Shown piece after piece: positions 17,660 through 26,924 of a DNA stretch of 64,000 nt. Below the pieces are notes generated by a model. That model worked only from the letters and a program-made list of their open reading frames with translations, had not been told where the DNA came from and did no database searches. The position numbers were made by a program, and so were the translations under genes. The stretch covers positions 8,215 through 72,214 of the IMG/VR virus record IMGVR_UViG_2684623237_000002; one strand, written 5' to 3'. Source of the stretch: a virus (taxonomy: Duplodnaviria > Caudoviricetes). The first letter of the stretch is position 1. Each line of letters starts with the position of its first letter.

Positions 17660-18277
17660 ATGCAAACGTCCAGTTCCAGACACACCGTACAAACCCGTGA
17701 TCAGGTGCTGGTCGCCCACGCTGCAAACCAGATCGCGCGCACCAGCCTGAGCCAGGACGACTTCGCCCAGGCGCTGAGCCGCGAGCTGCATCTGTCGTGC
17801 CCAGAGAAGGCTGTCGCCAAAGAGGTCCCGGACTTCGCCGCGCTGACGTTGCAGAACGATGTCGGTGACTTTGTGAAGGCGACCGGCCGCTGGCTCAAGC
17901 GCGTTCAACGCTGGCTGTCCGGCGATCAGGAGATGCCGTCGTGGTTGGAAGAGTCGTGGGTCAACGCCCTTGAGCCTGAATTCCGCGACCACTGCGTAAA
18001 CGAACTGGCGAGCCGTCACGGCCTGACCGGCGCCCGCCAGATGACCAGCGACCAATGCGCGAACAAAAGTTTCGGCGCGCTGATCCGTGCCTTAGGCGAT
18101 GTGATCGACACCGGCAGCGAAGTGTTTGACGACCAGGTGATGTGCGAACTGGATCTGCCGCACCTACCGGCATTCGCCAAGCAGTGCCGCCAGGTTGAAG
18201 CGAAGGCGGGGGAGTTGGGGCGCCGTGCCGAGCAGTTGCTCGCTTCGGTCCAGCGAAATTTGAAATCTGTTTCCTGA
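17660..18277 (+). CDS. CII-position regulator (YdaT-like)
   Basis: Position after cro; helical protein. Confidence 0.6.
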   Translation: MQTSSSRHTVQTRDQVLVAHAANQIARTSLSQDDFAQALSRELHLSCPEKAVAKEVPDFAALTLQNDVGDFVKATGRWLKRVQRWLSGDQEMPSWLEESWVNALEPEFRDHCVNELASRHGLTGARQMTSDQCANKSFGALIRALGDVIDTGSEVFDDQVMCELDLPHLPAFAKQCRQVEAKAGELGRRAEQLLASVQRNLKSVS

Positions 18278-18407
18278 TTTCCCGCGCATGCGCGGAAATC
18301 GGTGCCCACCGGGTTCGCACTATGAATTAAGCGGATCTGAAACCCAGGCACAAAAAAGCCGACGGTCGAGGTCGGCTAATTCGATAACACTTTGTGAGGC
18401 CGATTAT

Positions 18408-19256
18408 ATGCAAACCCCGCCACATATCAATAGCACTACCAATCTCGCGCCACGTTTTTCGCAATCTGAAAACGTGGCGCGCAATTCAGCAGTGATTCCG
18501 TTCGACTTCGACGGCGCCGCAATCCGGGTCATCACCGACAAGCTCGGCGATCCGTGGTTTGTTGCGCGCGACGTCGCTGACGCCCTCGGCTACTCCAAAC
18601 CAGAGAACGCGGTGGCCCGTCACTGCAAGGCAGCGACCACTACCCCGAAACAGGGTGGTGGTTTCATGACAATCATTCCTGAGCGGGACCTGTACCGGCT
18701 GGTGATGAAGTCCAAGCTGCCGGCCGCCGAGAAGTTCGAAGAGTGGGTGGTCGGGCAGGTGCTGCCGAGTATCCGCAAGACGGGCACCTTTTCCACCCAG
18801 GGCCCGAACAACTCCAAGATCGTCGGCGAGCTCGCCATTCTGGAATGCTTCGACCGCCTGCTGAAGCCTGCGAACTCCAGCAAGATGATGATGCTAGCCA
18901 AGATCGCCCAGAACAATGGCCTGGATCCGAAGTTCCTCCCAGGCTACTCCGTTGATGCCGCCCCTGACGCTGCTGGCGGCTCTTCGATGCCTACCAAGGC
19001 AATCACCGCCCTGATCAAAGATCACGCCATCGCCAGCACCGCCCGCGCCTTCAACCTTTCACTGGAGGCCCACGGTTTCCTCAAGGTTCTTCAGCGCAAA
19101 AATTCAAAGCAGGAAATGGTCGACTTCTGGTCCGTGACCGAGAAAGGCATGGTCTACGGCAAGAACCTCACCAGTCCTCAATGCCCCCGCGAGACGCAGC
19201 CTCACTGGTACGTGGATCGCTTCCTTGAATTGGCCGCTAAGGTCGGGAAGGCCTGA
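18408..19256 (+). CDS. BRO-N domain antirepressor-like protein
   Basis: PWFVARDVADALGY, LYRLVMKSKLPAAEKFEEWV...VLPSIRKTG. Confidence 0.88.
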   Translation: MQTPPHINSTTNLAPRFSQSENVARNSAVIPFDFDGAAIRVITDKLGDPWFVARDVADALGYSKPENAVARHCKAATTTPKQGGGFMTIIPERDLYRLVMKSKLPAAEKFEEWVVGQVLPSIRKTGTFSTQGPNNSKIVGELAILECFDRLLKPANSSKMMMLAKIAQNNGLDPKFLPGYSVDAAPDAAGGSSMPTKAITALIKDHAIASTARAFNLSLEAHGFLKVLQRKNSKQEMVDFWSVTEKGMVYGKNLTSPQCPRETQPHWYVDRFLELAAKVGKA

Positions 19257-19257
19257 C

Positions 19258-20235
19258 ATGCAATACACCGTCACGATTAACCAGGTGAAGGCGCTGGAGT
19301 GGGGGCTGAATTCTCAGCAGGCCCTGCTCTTCGCGTTCGTCTACGGCTGCCCGAGCTGGGCCAAGCCAATCAAGACTGATGACGGGATCTTCTTCGCGCT
19401 GAGCAAGGCCAAGATCACTGAGGAGCTACCGCTGCTCACTGACAAGCCAGACACCGCTTACCGCATGCTGAAGGCCCTGGAAGAGGCCGGTTTGATTGAG
19501 CTTTCCAGCACTTCGAACATCACGCTTTTTCGCCTCACAGAGAAAGCGATCGAGTGGAACCAGAAGCTCGACGGGTCGGAAAAATATCCGACCCCACCAA
19601 ACAATAAGGGTCGGAAAAAAATCCGATCTACCTCGGATAAATCTCCGAGCAAGGTCGGAAAAAAATCCGGGCAAGGGTCGGATAAATCTCCGACAAATCA
19701 GGATACCAATCATCAGGGTACCAATCAGGGCACCAGTCAGGACTTGCAGGACGCCACCGGCAAGCCGGCTCAGTCCCGCGGCTTGGTGCTGGTGGTTGAT
19801 CGTACCGATACCCCACGGGTCGAGATCCCCGCCGACATGCCGGGCCCCAAAGACCAGACCTGCAAAACCTTCAAGGTCTGGGCGAACTACGCCATGGCTT
19901 ACCGCAAACGCTACAGCGCCTGGCCGGTGTGGAATGCCAAGGTCGGGGGCCAACTCGGCCAACTGGTTGACCGCCTCGGCGCCGATGTCGCCCACCACGT
20001 CGCCGCTCACTTCCTGAAAACCAGCGATGCCGCTGTGCTGCGCAAGTGCCACAGTCTCAACGAACTGCTGGCCAACGCCGAGAGCTATCACACCCAGTGG
20101 GTGACCGGGCAGCGCATCAACGGCACAACTGCTCGCCAGATGGAGCGGACTGAGGCGAACCATTCCGCGGCCGAGCAGGCCGCCCAGATGGTTCTGGCCA
20201 AACGCCAAGCAGGTGACCGCAATGAATACCTTTGA
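19258..20235 (+). CDS. Replication initiator (O-like)
   Basis: N-terminal wHTH; central low-complexity region with short repeats (TCGGA(T/A)AAA, ACCAATCA) typical of origin iterons. Confidence 0.8.
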   Translation: MQYTVTINQVKALEWGLNSQQALLFAFVYGCPSWAKPIKTDDGIFFALSKAKITEELPLLTDKPDTAYRMLKALEEAGLIELSSTSNITLFRLTEKAIEWNQKLDGSEKYPTPPNNKGRKKIRSTSDKSPSKVGKKSGQGSDKSPTNQDTNHQGTNQGTSQDLQDATGKPAQSRGLVLVVDRTDTPRVEIPADMPGPKDQTCKTFKVWANYAMAYRKRYSAWPVWNAKVGGQLGQLVDRLGADVAHHVAAHFLKTSDAAVLRKCHSLNELLANAESYHTQWVTGQRINGTTARQMERTEANHSAAEQAAQMVLAKRQAGDRNEYL

Positions 20236-21019
20236 AATGAACGACCAGCAGGTCGCCGGGCTTGCAGCCGCTATCTGCGCAACAGCTGAGGCCATGGGCC
20301 AGGAAATGAATCCAGGCACCGCCGCGATGATGGCCGAAGACCTCTGCGCGTATCCGGTGCCCGTCGTCAAGGCTGCGCTCAAGGCCTGCCGCTTCGAAGT
20401 GAAGGGAAAGCTGGCTATGGCCGACATCCTGCAGCGGGTGCAGTCCTCCGATGGGCGCCCGGGCAAGGACGAGGCCTGGGCCATCGCCATGACGACCAAC
20501 GACGAATTTGAAACCGTGGTGCTGACCGACGAGATCCAACTGGCCCTGGCTGCTGCGAAACCCATCTTGGATGGCGGCGACAAGATCGGTGCGCGCATGG
20601 CGTTCATCGATGCCTACCAGCGTTTCGTAGGGCAGGCCCGCGAGGATGCGAAACCGGTCAACTGGCACGTGTCCGTGGGCTTCGACTCCAACCGCCGCAT
20701 CCAGGCAGTCACCAAGGCTTTGGAGCTGAAACGCATTCCCCAAGAGCACGGCCAGAAGTACTTGGCTGACCTCAGCATTGTTCCAGTTACCGAGGATGGC
20801 CGCGCCATTGCTGGATTGCTCACAGGCACCGTCACCCAGCCAAAGCCGCTGCTGCGCGCGAAGCTCGAGATTGTGAAGAGCTCGATGCTGGAAATGCGGA
20901 AGGCCAGCGCCGAGAGAAAGGACGAAATGCGGATTGAAGCGGCCAATGAACTGGCGGATCGCCGGGCGCTACTGATCAAGCAAGCCCAGGAACTGGAAGC
21001 GAAGAGGGCGGCGCAATGA
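20222..21019 (+). CDS. Replication protein (P-position)
   Basis: Overlaps initiator; DGRPGKDEAWA motif. Confidence 0.7.
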   Translation: MNTFEMNDQQVAGLAAAICATAEAMGQEMNPGTAAMMAEDLCAYPVPVVKAALKACRFEVKGKLAMADILQRVQSSDGRPGKDEAWAIAMTTNDEFETVVLTDEIQLALAAAKPILDGGDKIGARMAFIDAYQRFVGQAREDAKPVNWHVSVGFDSNRRIQAVTKALELKRIPQEHGQKYLADLSIVPVTEDGRAIAGLLTGTVTQPKPLLRAKLEIVKSSMLEMRKASAERKDEMRIEAANELADRRALLIKQAQELEAKRAAQ

Positions 21020-21486
21020 CCGACAAAATCAGCGTCAACTGCCAGGCCAAGCTCTCCGAAGTCATCACCAAAATCAGCGCCATGTACAAAGACAAGAAGT
21101 ATGTCGTCGTGACCCTGCGCGCGGGCAAGGACCGCACGCTTGACCAAAATCGGTTGTGGTTCGGGATGTACAAACGCATCGCCGAAATGACCCAGATCGG
21201 TGACGCGGCTGACGCCCGGCGCTACTGCAAGCTGCACTTTGGCGTGCAAATCCTGCTGAACGAGGATGCCGGGTTCCAGGCGGAGTGGTATCGCGTCATG
21301 CGCCATCTGCCCTACGAAACAAAACTGGCCATGATGGGGGAGTGCCATTTGTTCGGGCCTGACGGCTTCCCGGTAACCAGCCTGTTCAATCGCGCCCAGG
21401 GCATCAATTACACCGACCGCATCGCCGCCTATTTCACGGGCCAAGGTGTGGTTTTCACTGATCTACTCAGCAAGGAGGCTGCATGA
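21016..21486 (+). CDS. NinB-like protein
   Basis: RTLDQNRLW motif; nin position. Confidence 0.7.
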   Translation: MTDKISVNCQAKLSEVITKISAMYKDKKYVVVTLRAGKDRTLDQNRLWFGMYKRIAEMTQIGDAADARRYCKLHFGVQILLNEDAGFQAEWYRVMRHLPYETKLAMMGECHLFGPDGFPVTSLFNRAQGINYTDRIAAYFTGQGVVFTDLLSKEAA

Positions 21487-22073
21487 TCGCCAAGCAACCC
21501 AAACCGAAGAAGTGCAAGAACCCGGCATGCGGCATCAGCTTTCCGCCGCAGCGCCTGGGCCAGGCCGTATGCAGCCCGAAGTGCGGCCTCGCTATCAAGG
21601 ACGTGAACCAGGCGAAGGCGCGCAAGTCGCTGGCCCAGGTCGAGCGTCGCGAGATCAAGGTTCGCAAGGAGAAGCTGAAGAGCCGCGGCGAACACATGCG
21701 TGAGGCTCAGCAGGCGTTCAACGAGTACGTCCGCACCCGGGACCAGGCCGCCGGCCACCTCTGCATCTCCAGCGGCAAGCCTTTGGACTGGAGCGGTAAC
21801 GCAGTCGATGCCGGCCACTATCGCAGCGTTGGCTCCGCGCCACACCTGCGCTTCGATGAGCGCAACTGCCACGCCCAGAGCAAGCAGGACAACCGGTTCC
21901 TTTCCGGCAACGCGGTGGACTACCGGATCGGTCTGATCGCGCGCATCGGCCAGGAGGCCGTCGACGCCCTGGAAGCTGACCAGAGCGTGCGCAAGTACTC
22001 CGTGGAGCAGATCAAGGGCATCAAGGCCTACTACAGGGCAAAAACCAGAGAACTGAAGAGGGCTGCAGCATGA
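21483..22073 (+). CDS. ninG: NinG/Rap recombination endonuclease
   Basis: AQQAFNEYVRTRD, CISSG, DAGHYRSVGSAPHLRFDERNCHAQ. Confidence 0.92.
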   Translation: MIAKQPKPKKCKNPACGISFPPQRLGQAVCSPKCGLAIKDVNQAKARKSLAQVERREIKVRKEKLKSRGEHMREAQQAFNEYVRTRDQAAGHLCISSGKPLDWSGNAVDAGHYRSVGSAPHLRFDERNCHAQSKQDNRFLSGNAVDYRIGLIARIGQEAVDALEADQSVRKYSVEQIKGIKAYYRAKTRELKRAAA

Positions 22074-22615
22074 CCTATCGCAACGTTGTTTCAGCAGTAG
22101 TTCGGGCGCTCGCGGCCGAGACCATCAGTTCCGCCGGCGGCTGCGACTTTGAGCCGAAGGTGCAGTGCGCCAAACAGAAGGGGGAGATAGTCGGAAAGGA
22201 GGCGGCGTTTCTCCAGGACTGCTGGGTGTTCGGTCGGCTGCACAAGGCGCTCACCCCGGCACACTGGCGCGCGCTGGTGGCGAAATACTCGACGCACCAG
22301 GAACGAAAGCATGGCGCCATTTTGGAGCTCCTGAATTCGGTGAAGACCCCGGCGCCGAAGCGCTTCCGGGAATGCGCGGTGCTGACCTGGGCCATTCCGC
22401 AAGTTGCCGGTGCCGACGGCAAGCGTTCTGCCGCTGTGCTGCCGGCCGCCTGGTACGACATCACAAATTGGGATAACGACGGTAAGCCTGAATCTACTCG
22501 GTACCGGTGGCGCTCGACGATCCGTAAGACACTGGATGACCAGGTGAACGAGGCGCTCACTGCCGCTCAGGAACTGCTTGATGCAGAGGGATTAATCGAA
22601 AGTTGTGTGGCGTAG
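22070..22615 (+). CDS. Late antiterminator (Q-position)
   Basis: Position after ninG; followed by promoter-like sequence (TTGCAA 22626) and terminator. Confidence 0.65.
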   Translation: MTYRNVVSAVVRALAAETISSAGGCDFEPKVQCAKQKGEIVGKEAAFLQDCWVFGRLHKALTPAHWRALVAKYSTHQERKHGAILELLNSVKTPAPKRFRECAVLTWAIPQVAGADGKRSAAVLPAAWYDITNWDNDGKPESTRYRWRSTIRKTLDDQVNEALTAAQELLDAEGLIESCVA

Positions 22616-22695
22616 TAAAAAGCCGTTGCAATGAGTGAGAAAGTGAGAGAGTATTTACCCATCCTATCGATCTTGCGCGTTAGGGGTTCACACTG

Positions 22696-22724
22696 AAAAG
22701 CCCGGCTTATATGTCGGGCTTTTT
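22696..22724 (+). terminator. Intrinsic terminator (tR'-like)
   Basis: AAAAGCCCGGC-loop-GTCGGGCTTTTT. Confidence 0.75.
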
Positions 22725-22785
22725 ATTGCGCTCAGTTTGTGCAAGGTCGAAAATAGAGCTTCCGACTATAAACTGGGAGAGCGTC

Positions 22786-23019
22786 ATGGTTTTGCGTGGC
22801 ATGGCACAGATGCATGTCGACGACTTGGCGGAACGGTTCAAGAAGTTGGTTGTAGGGCAGGCTGGCAACGCGGATATTCAGTTAGCGTGGGTTGTTTTTT
22901 ATCAGGGCAGAATGTTCGGAGCTTATTCAACGGCCGAGCTTGCACTGAAGAAAATAACGGACATTGAGCACTGCATCAGCATCGACGAGGCCCCAGTCCC
23001 TCAAACTTCAAGCGACTAA
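22786..23019 (+). CDS. Small moron hypothetical protein
   Basis: GGAG RBS; bounded by terminators 22696-22724 and 23030-23055. Confidence 0.6.
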   Translation: MVLRGMAQMHVDDLAERFKKLVVGQAGNADIQLAWVVFYQGRMFGAYSTAELALKKITDIEHCISIDEAPVPQTSSD

Positions 23020-23096
23020 ATTTTTTATGAAGCCCCGCCTAGAGCGGGGTTTTTTATTGCCCACGGAAAGGGCGATTCAGCAAAAGGAATTTGCAG

Positions 23097-23303
23097 ATGT
23101 TGAAAGAATTCAGATGCGGTAACTGCAAAAGACTACTCGCCCGTACGGGTGGGTTTACAGAGCTCCAGATCAAATGTTCCCGATGTGGGACGCTGAATCA
23201 TGTGAAGGCCACGAGCCTCGAGCAATCGCCTTTGAGCGACACGAACGCGGGATCTTCCGCAATCATTTGTCCGACTCAAAAGGTGAATACATGTCTTACC
23301 TGA
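23097..23303 (+). CDS. com: Com-family (Mu Com-like) zinc-finger regulator
   Basis: EFRCGNCKRLLA...IKCSRCGTLN; overlaps start of next gene as Mu com overlaps mom. Confidence 0.85.
   Translation: MLKEFRCGNCKRLLARTGGFTELQIKCSRCGTLNHVKATSLEQSPLSDTNAGSSAIICPTQKVNTCLT
23204..23293 (+). repeat. Three-hairpin leader, copy 1 (inside com 3' end, ends at bacteriocin ATG)
   Basis: About 75% identical (manual alignment) to 24216-24306. Confidence 0.85.
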
Positions 23304-24160
23304 CCCCCTTCACAGCCAATGGCAGCTCCGTGCTCCCGCCGCGAAACCTCATGAGCGCTGGCCAGTTTCTGCAGTCTCCGAATAAGCGCTTCCGGCTGAT
23401 CTATCAACCAGATGAGAATCTGGCGCTATACGATGGCGATACAGCTGTGTGGATTGCAGACTCAAATAGTGCGTACGCAACCCAGATGATCTACCAATGG
23501 AAAGCCGTATCCACACCCCAGGTTTTCATGAACTACAGCCTGGTGCTGAACGACTTTAGTCGTCAGCGTATTTGGCAGACAAAAAACAGCGACGTACCGG
23601 GCGGCGATAAGTATTTCGATACTCTTGCACAGCGAACTCATCTTCAGCTGCAGGACGACGGCAATATGGTGATCGTTGAGTTGGCTCCGCTTTGGACCAC
23701 CTCAGGCCTTCCCATTGTTTACGATCAACCGTCATACATCTTCCCACCCAACACTTCCCTTGAGGTAGGTAAGATCTACAGCGTTGGTAGCTTTGGAGTG
23801 GTGTTCCAGGGTGACGGAAACTTGGTTGTCTACGGTCCTGGCAGCTCTGTTGTTTGGGCGAGTTACACCCAGGGTAAGGGCGCTACCAGTTGCGTGTTCC
23901 AGGGTGACGGCAACCTCGTGATTTACAACGCTGCCGGTGTTGCGCTGTGGCATACCCATACAGGTGGTAACCCAGATGCGGTTCTGAGCCTTCAGGCAAA
24001 CGGCCGGCTCACCATCACTCAGGCGCGTCCCGCTTGGGCTCGATTTGGCTACACGCCGACGATCCGCGCTCGCAAAGTGTACTACCCGAACAACGCTGAT
24101 CCGGAGCAAAACAGCACCAGTCCGTACCCGACTTATGGCCATATCGGCTATGAGTTCTAA
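23291..24160 (+). CDS. llpA: Lectin-like (L-type) bacteriocin, tandem MMBL domains
   Basis: QxDxNxVxY-type motifs QPDENLALY, QDDGNMVIV, QGDGNLVVY, QGDGNLVIY; W.RFGY.P tail; AGGTGA RBS. Confidence 0.88.
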   Translation: MSYLTPFTANGSSVLPPRNLMSAGQFLQSPNKRFRLIYQPDENLALYDGDTAVWIADSNSAYATQMIYQWKAVSTPQVFMNYSLVLNDFSRQRIWQTKNSDVPGGDKYFDTLAQRTHLQLQDDGNMVIVELAPLWTTSGLPIVYDQPSYIFPPNTSLEVGKIYSVGSFGVVFQGDGNLVVYGPGSSVVWASYTQGKGATSCVFQGDGNLVIYNAAGVALWHTHTGGNPDAVLSLQANGRLTITQARPAWARFGYTPTIRARKVYYPNNADPEQNSTSPYPTYGHIGYEF

Positions 24161-24215
24161 ACACTGACGGATGTGCCCATTCAGGCCCGCGGCATTGTAG
24201 TGGGCCTAGTTACAA

Positions 24216-24306
24216 GAAGGTCGAGAACCTCACCTCATCGCCTCTGAGCGACATGAAAGCGGAAATCTTCCGCGATAAATCATTCGACTCAATAGGTGAA
24301 AAAATG
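24216..24306 (+). repeat. Three-hairpin leader, copy 2 (ends at ATG of second cargo gene)
   Basis: Same hairpins and CGACTCAA-AGGTGAA-ATG block as copy 1. Confidence 0.85.
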
Positions 24307-24636
24307 GCTGTACGTACCCTCGGTAAATATTTCAAAAATACATCCTTCAATGGCAATGCAATCTCAATCGCTACCTTGATTGCCCCTGAAGATAACCTGC
24401 ACGGTGTCATCCTGCGATCCAAGACAGGTGGTGCTGATACCAGTTACGGCAAGAAGGCTCCGCCACCAGGTAACCGCTTCGATGTCAGCCTGATCCAAAT
24501 TCCAAGCGTCATGCTTTCCTATAACGATGTCCTGATTCCGGCAGGTAATGGGTTGTTCATGAACCTTTCGGCTGATTACACCATCAACATCGCAATGTCC
24601 TGGGACGTACTCAACGCCGATGGCACTGTTGCGTAA
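24304..24636 (+). CDS. Second cargo protein, 110 aa, beta-rich, unknown function
   Basis: Start defined by duplicated leader/RBS; terminator 24716-24742 downstream. Confidence 0.75.
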   Translation: MAVRTLGKYFKNTSFNGNAISIATLIAPEDNLHGVILRSKTGGADTSYGKKAPPPGNRFDVSLIQIPSVMLSYNDVLIPAGNGLFMNLSADYTINIAMSWDVLNADGTVA

Positions 24637-24829
24637 GTCACGCTGAAGGATGGAGCCCCGGGTAAGAAGGGGGCTCTCAAGCAACGCCGCGTGGCTGAGA
24701 TCACGCAACTATTCAAGGCCCCTCCATTGTGCGGGGCTTTTTCGTATTCGGCCCCACCACATCCATCGCTCTGAGCTGGGAGTGCCACTGGGGCTGACCT
24801 CTTCAAACATGCCCCACGGAGTCGAGCGC

Positions 24830-25168
24830 ATGGAGTATCTACAGCGCCTGCTCGACAAGATCGACAGGTTCGAATTACTGATTGCGGGCCTCGTCGGCGC
24901 CGTGATCGCCAGCTGGTGGCACAAGGACGACTTGAACGACTGGCGTGCCTGGATGATCTTCCTCATCACCGGCATGGCCTGCTCGATCTACCTGACGAGC
25001 ATGGTCAGCACCTACCTGGGTGTGACGGAGCCGAAGATCGTCGCCGGCATCGGCTTCCTGCTGGGTGCATTCGGCGGTTCGCTCCTGGCGGCCATCAATC
25101 GAGCCATCAAATCCGCTGACCTCTGGGCGCTCATTCGCCAGCGGTTCGGGGGAGGCAATCCACCATGA
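24830..25168 (+). CDS. Holin
   Basis: Three TM helices, small size, late-operon position. Confidence 0.8.
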   Translation: MEYLQRLLDKIDRFELLIAGLVGAVIASWWHKDDLNDWRAWMIFLITGMACSIYLTSMVSTYLGVTEPKIVAGIGFLLGAFGGSLLAAINRAIKSADLWALIRQRFGGGNPP

Positions 25169-25509
25169 ATCTTGAACTGATCAACTCCATCGCCTGCGGC
25201 CTTATCGCGCTGTGGGCAGCCTGGTGCGTACTGAGCGGGAAGGTGAGGGACGGCATTCTGGGCAAGCTGATCTACTCGGCCATTGCCATCAGCGGTTTCG
25301 TCGTTATGGCGCGCAGCCAGAACATTTTCTTTGGCCCGAGCAGTGCCGGCCTGACCCTGCATGTGTCCCTGGCCCTGGCCGGAGCCCGCCATGTCTTCAT
25401 GGTCACGTACTGGCAACGGGTGAAGGTCTGGCTGTGCCGGACGTTGAACTGCGAACACTGCCTGCACTGTGACAAAGCGCCTGGTGGTGTCGAGCGGCGG
25501 GGCAAGTAG
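25165..25509 (+). CDS. Holin-associated membrane protein
   Basis: Three TMs; ATGA overlap with holin. Confidence 0.75.
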   Translation: MNLELINSIACGLIALWAAWCVLSGKVRDGILGKLIYSAIAISGFVVMARSQNIFFGPSSAGLTLHVSLALAGARHVFMVTYWQRVKVWLCRTLNCEHCLHCDKAPGGVERRGK

Positions 25510-25690
25510 TTCGCGCCACGTTTTCTAATGCGCCAAATCGTGGCGCGGCAGTGGAGCAGGGCATGACCGCCGGCAACATACCTTCGTCGATCCTGAGCGA
25601 GCCAGTGGTGCAGAGGATCATCGAGGAGCGGCTTCAGCGGATGACTGCGTGACGACTAAGCAGCCAGCTGGAAGACAAATATTGGCAGTA

Positions 25691-25719
25691 TTGAGCCTTA
25701 ATGCCGGTTGTCATATGAT
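25691..25719 (+). promoter_or_regulatory. Sigma70 promoter for riboswitch-fluc
   Basis: TTGAGC-17-TATGAT, 7 nt upstream of aptamer. Confidence 0.75.
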
Positions 25720-25726
25720 TCATCCA

Positions 25727-25800
25727 GGAGATGGCATTCCTCCTCATAACCGCCTTCTGGCTGATGATGCCTACGCAAACCCTATGGAGGGTGCGTAGGC
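25727..25800 (+). ncRNA. Fluoride riboswitch (crcB motif) and alternative stem
   Basis: GGAGATGGCATTCCTCC..TAACCGCC..GCTGATGATGCCTAC; GCCTACGCA/TGCGTAGGC stem; upstream of fluc. Confidence 0.92.
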
Positions 25801-25849
25801 CATCGCCTGTCTTTCCATAGGGATCCTCAGATCTCTTTGGAAGTCTCGA

Positions 25850-26227
25850 ATGTACAAGTCTCTCTTCGCGGTAATCATTGGTGGCAGCTTCGGCTGTGTG
25901 CTTCGGTGGGCGCTTGCCTTGAAGTTTAATGGTGCGTTCCCCAGCATGCCGCTGGGTACGCTCCTCGTTAACCTGATTGGCGGACTCATCATAGGGTGCG
26001 CCATGGCCTTCTTTATCAAGATGCCAGATCTCGATCCTGCGTGGCGATTGCTCGTTACCACGGGTTTCTGTGGCGGGCTGACTACGTTTTCAACGTTCTC
26101 CGCTGAAATCGTATTCATGCTGCAAGAAGGTAGATTCGGCTGGGCTGCTGCTACGGTGCTCACGCATGTCCTGGGGTCGTTGTTGATGACCTTCATCGGC
26201 TTCGGGCTAGTGACGGCGCTGGATTAA
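25850..26227 (+). CDS. crcB: Fluoride channel Fluc/CrcB
   Basis: GG..G...[28 protein letters not shown]. Confidence 0.95.
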   Translation: MYKSLFAVIIGGSFGCVLRWALALKFNGAFPSMPLGTLLVNLIGGLIIGCAMAFFIKMPDLDPAWRLLVTTGFCGGLTTFSTFSAEIVFMLQEGRFGWAAATVLTHVLGSLLMTFIGFGLVTALD

Positions 26228-26269
26228 CCCCTATAGCCGCTAGGCCTGGAAGTCTGCAAGGAGCATTCG

Positions 26270-26893
26270 ATGGAAAGGCCATACCCGCCCTCGTCACTAC
26301 TTGAATTGGCCGAGATTTCCGACTTTGGTATCCGGTTGACCCCGGCGCCGGAGGTGTGGGAGTGGCTCCAAGCCGAGATACTCGCCGACACCGGCAGCAT
26401 TCACAACGAAGACCATGCCCACCTACTGGATGCAGACATCCGGGTTATGTGGGCCTCGTCTAGCTTCGAAAAGCAGGGCAGAACGGTCTTGGGCCAGGCC
26501 GAACAGGTAGCGTTCCGCGCCGGTGGCTGGCAGAAAGCACGGATGGAGCAACAGATGCGTGATTGGTTCGGCGATGTGCCGGCCTTCATCATCACGCTGG
26601 CTGCCGACTATTGCGCCCAGTGCAGCGACCTTGAGTTCTGCGCCCTGATCGAACACGAGCTGTACCACCTGGCTCACGCGACTGACAAGTACGGTCAACC
26701 AGCATTCACCCAAGACGGTGCACCGAAGATCAAGCTGCAGGGCCACGACGTCGAAGAGTTCGTCGGTGTCGTCCGCCGCTACGGTGCAAGCCCTGACGTT
26801 CAAGCGTTGGTGGATGCTGCAAACAGTCCTGCTGAGGTGGGGAAATTGAACATTGCGAGGGCCTGCGGAACCTGTCTGCTCAGATCGGCCTGA
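26270..26893 (+). CDS. Putative phage metallopeptidase
   Basis: HELYH (HExxH) and HDVEEF..VV.RYG. Confidence 0.85.
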   Translation: MERPYPPSSLLELAEISDFGIRLTPAPEVWEWLQAEILADTGSIHNEDHAHLLDADIRVMWASSSFEKQGRTVLGQAEQVAFRAGGWQKARMEQQMRDWFGDVPAFIITLAADYCAQCSDLEFCALIEHELYHLAHATDKYGQPAFTQDGAPKIKLQGHDVEEFVGVVRRYGASPDVQALVDAANSPAEVGKLNIARACGTCLLRSA

Positions 26894-26924
26894 CCCCTGA
26901 CAGACCTAAGACGGAATTTACCCT

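Noticed and set aside
23174-23290. Upstream extensions given by the ORF track for llpA (23174) and the second cargo gene (24253)
   Set aside because: Duplicated leader and AGGTGA RBS place the starts at 23291 and 24304
25560-25680. Possible relic of another small-terminase start (VTTKQP)
   Set aside because: Too short to support
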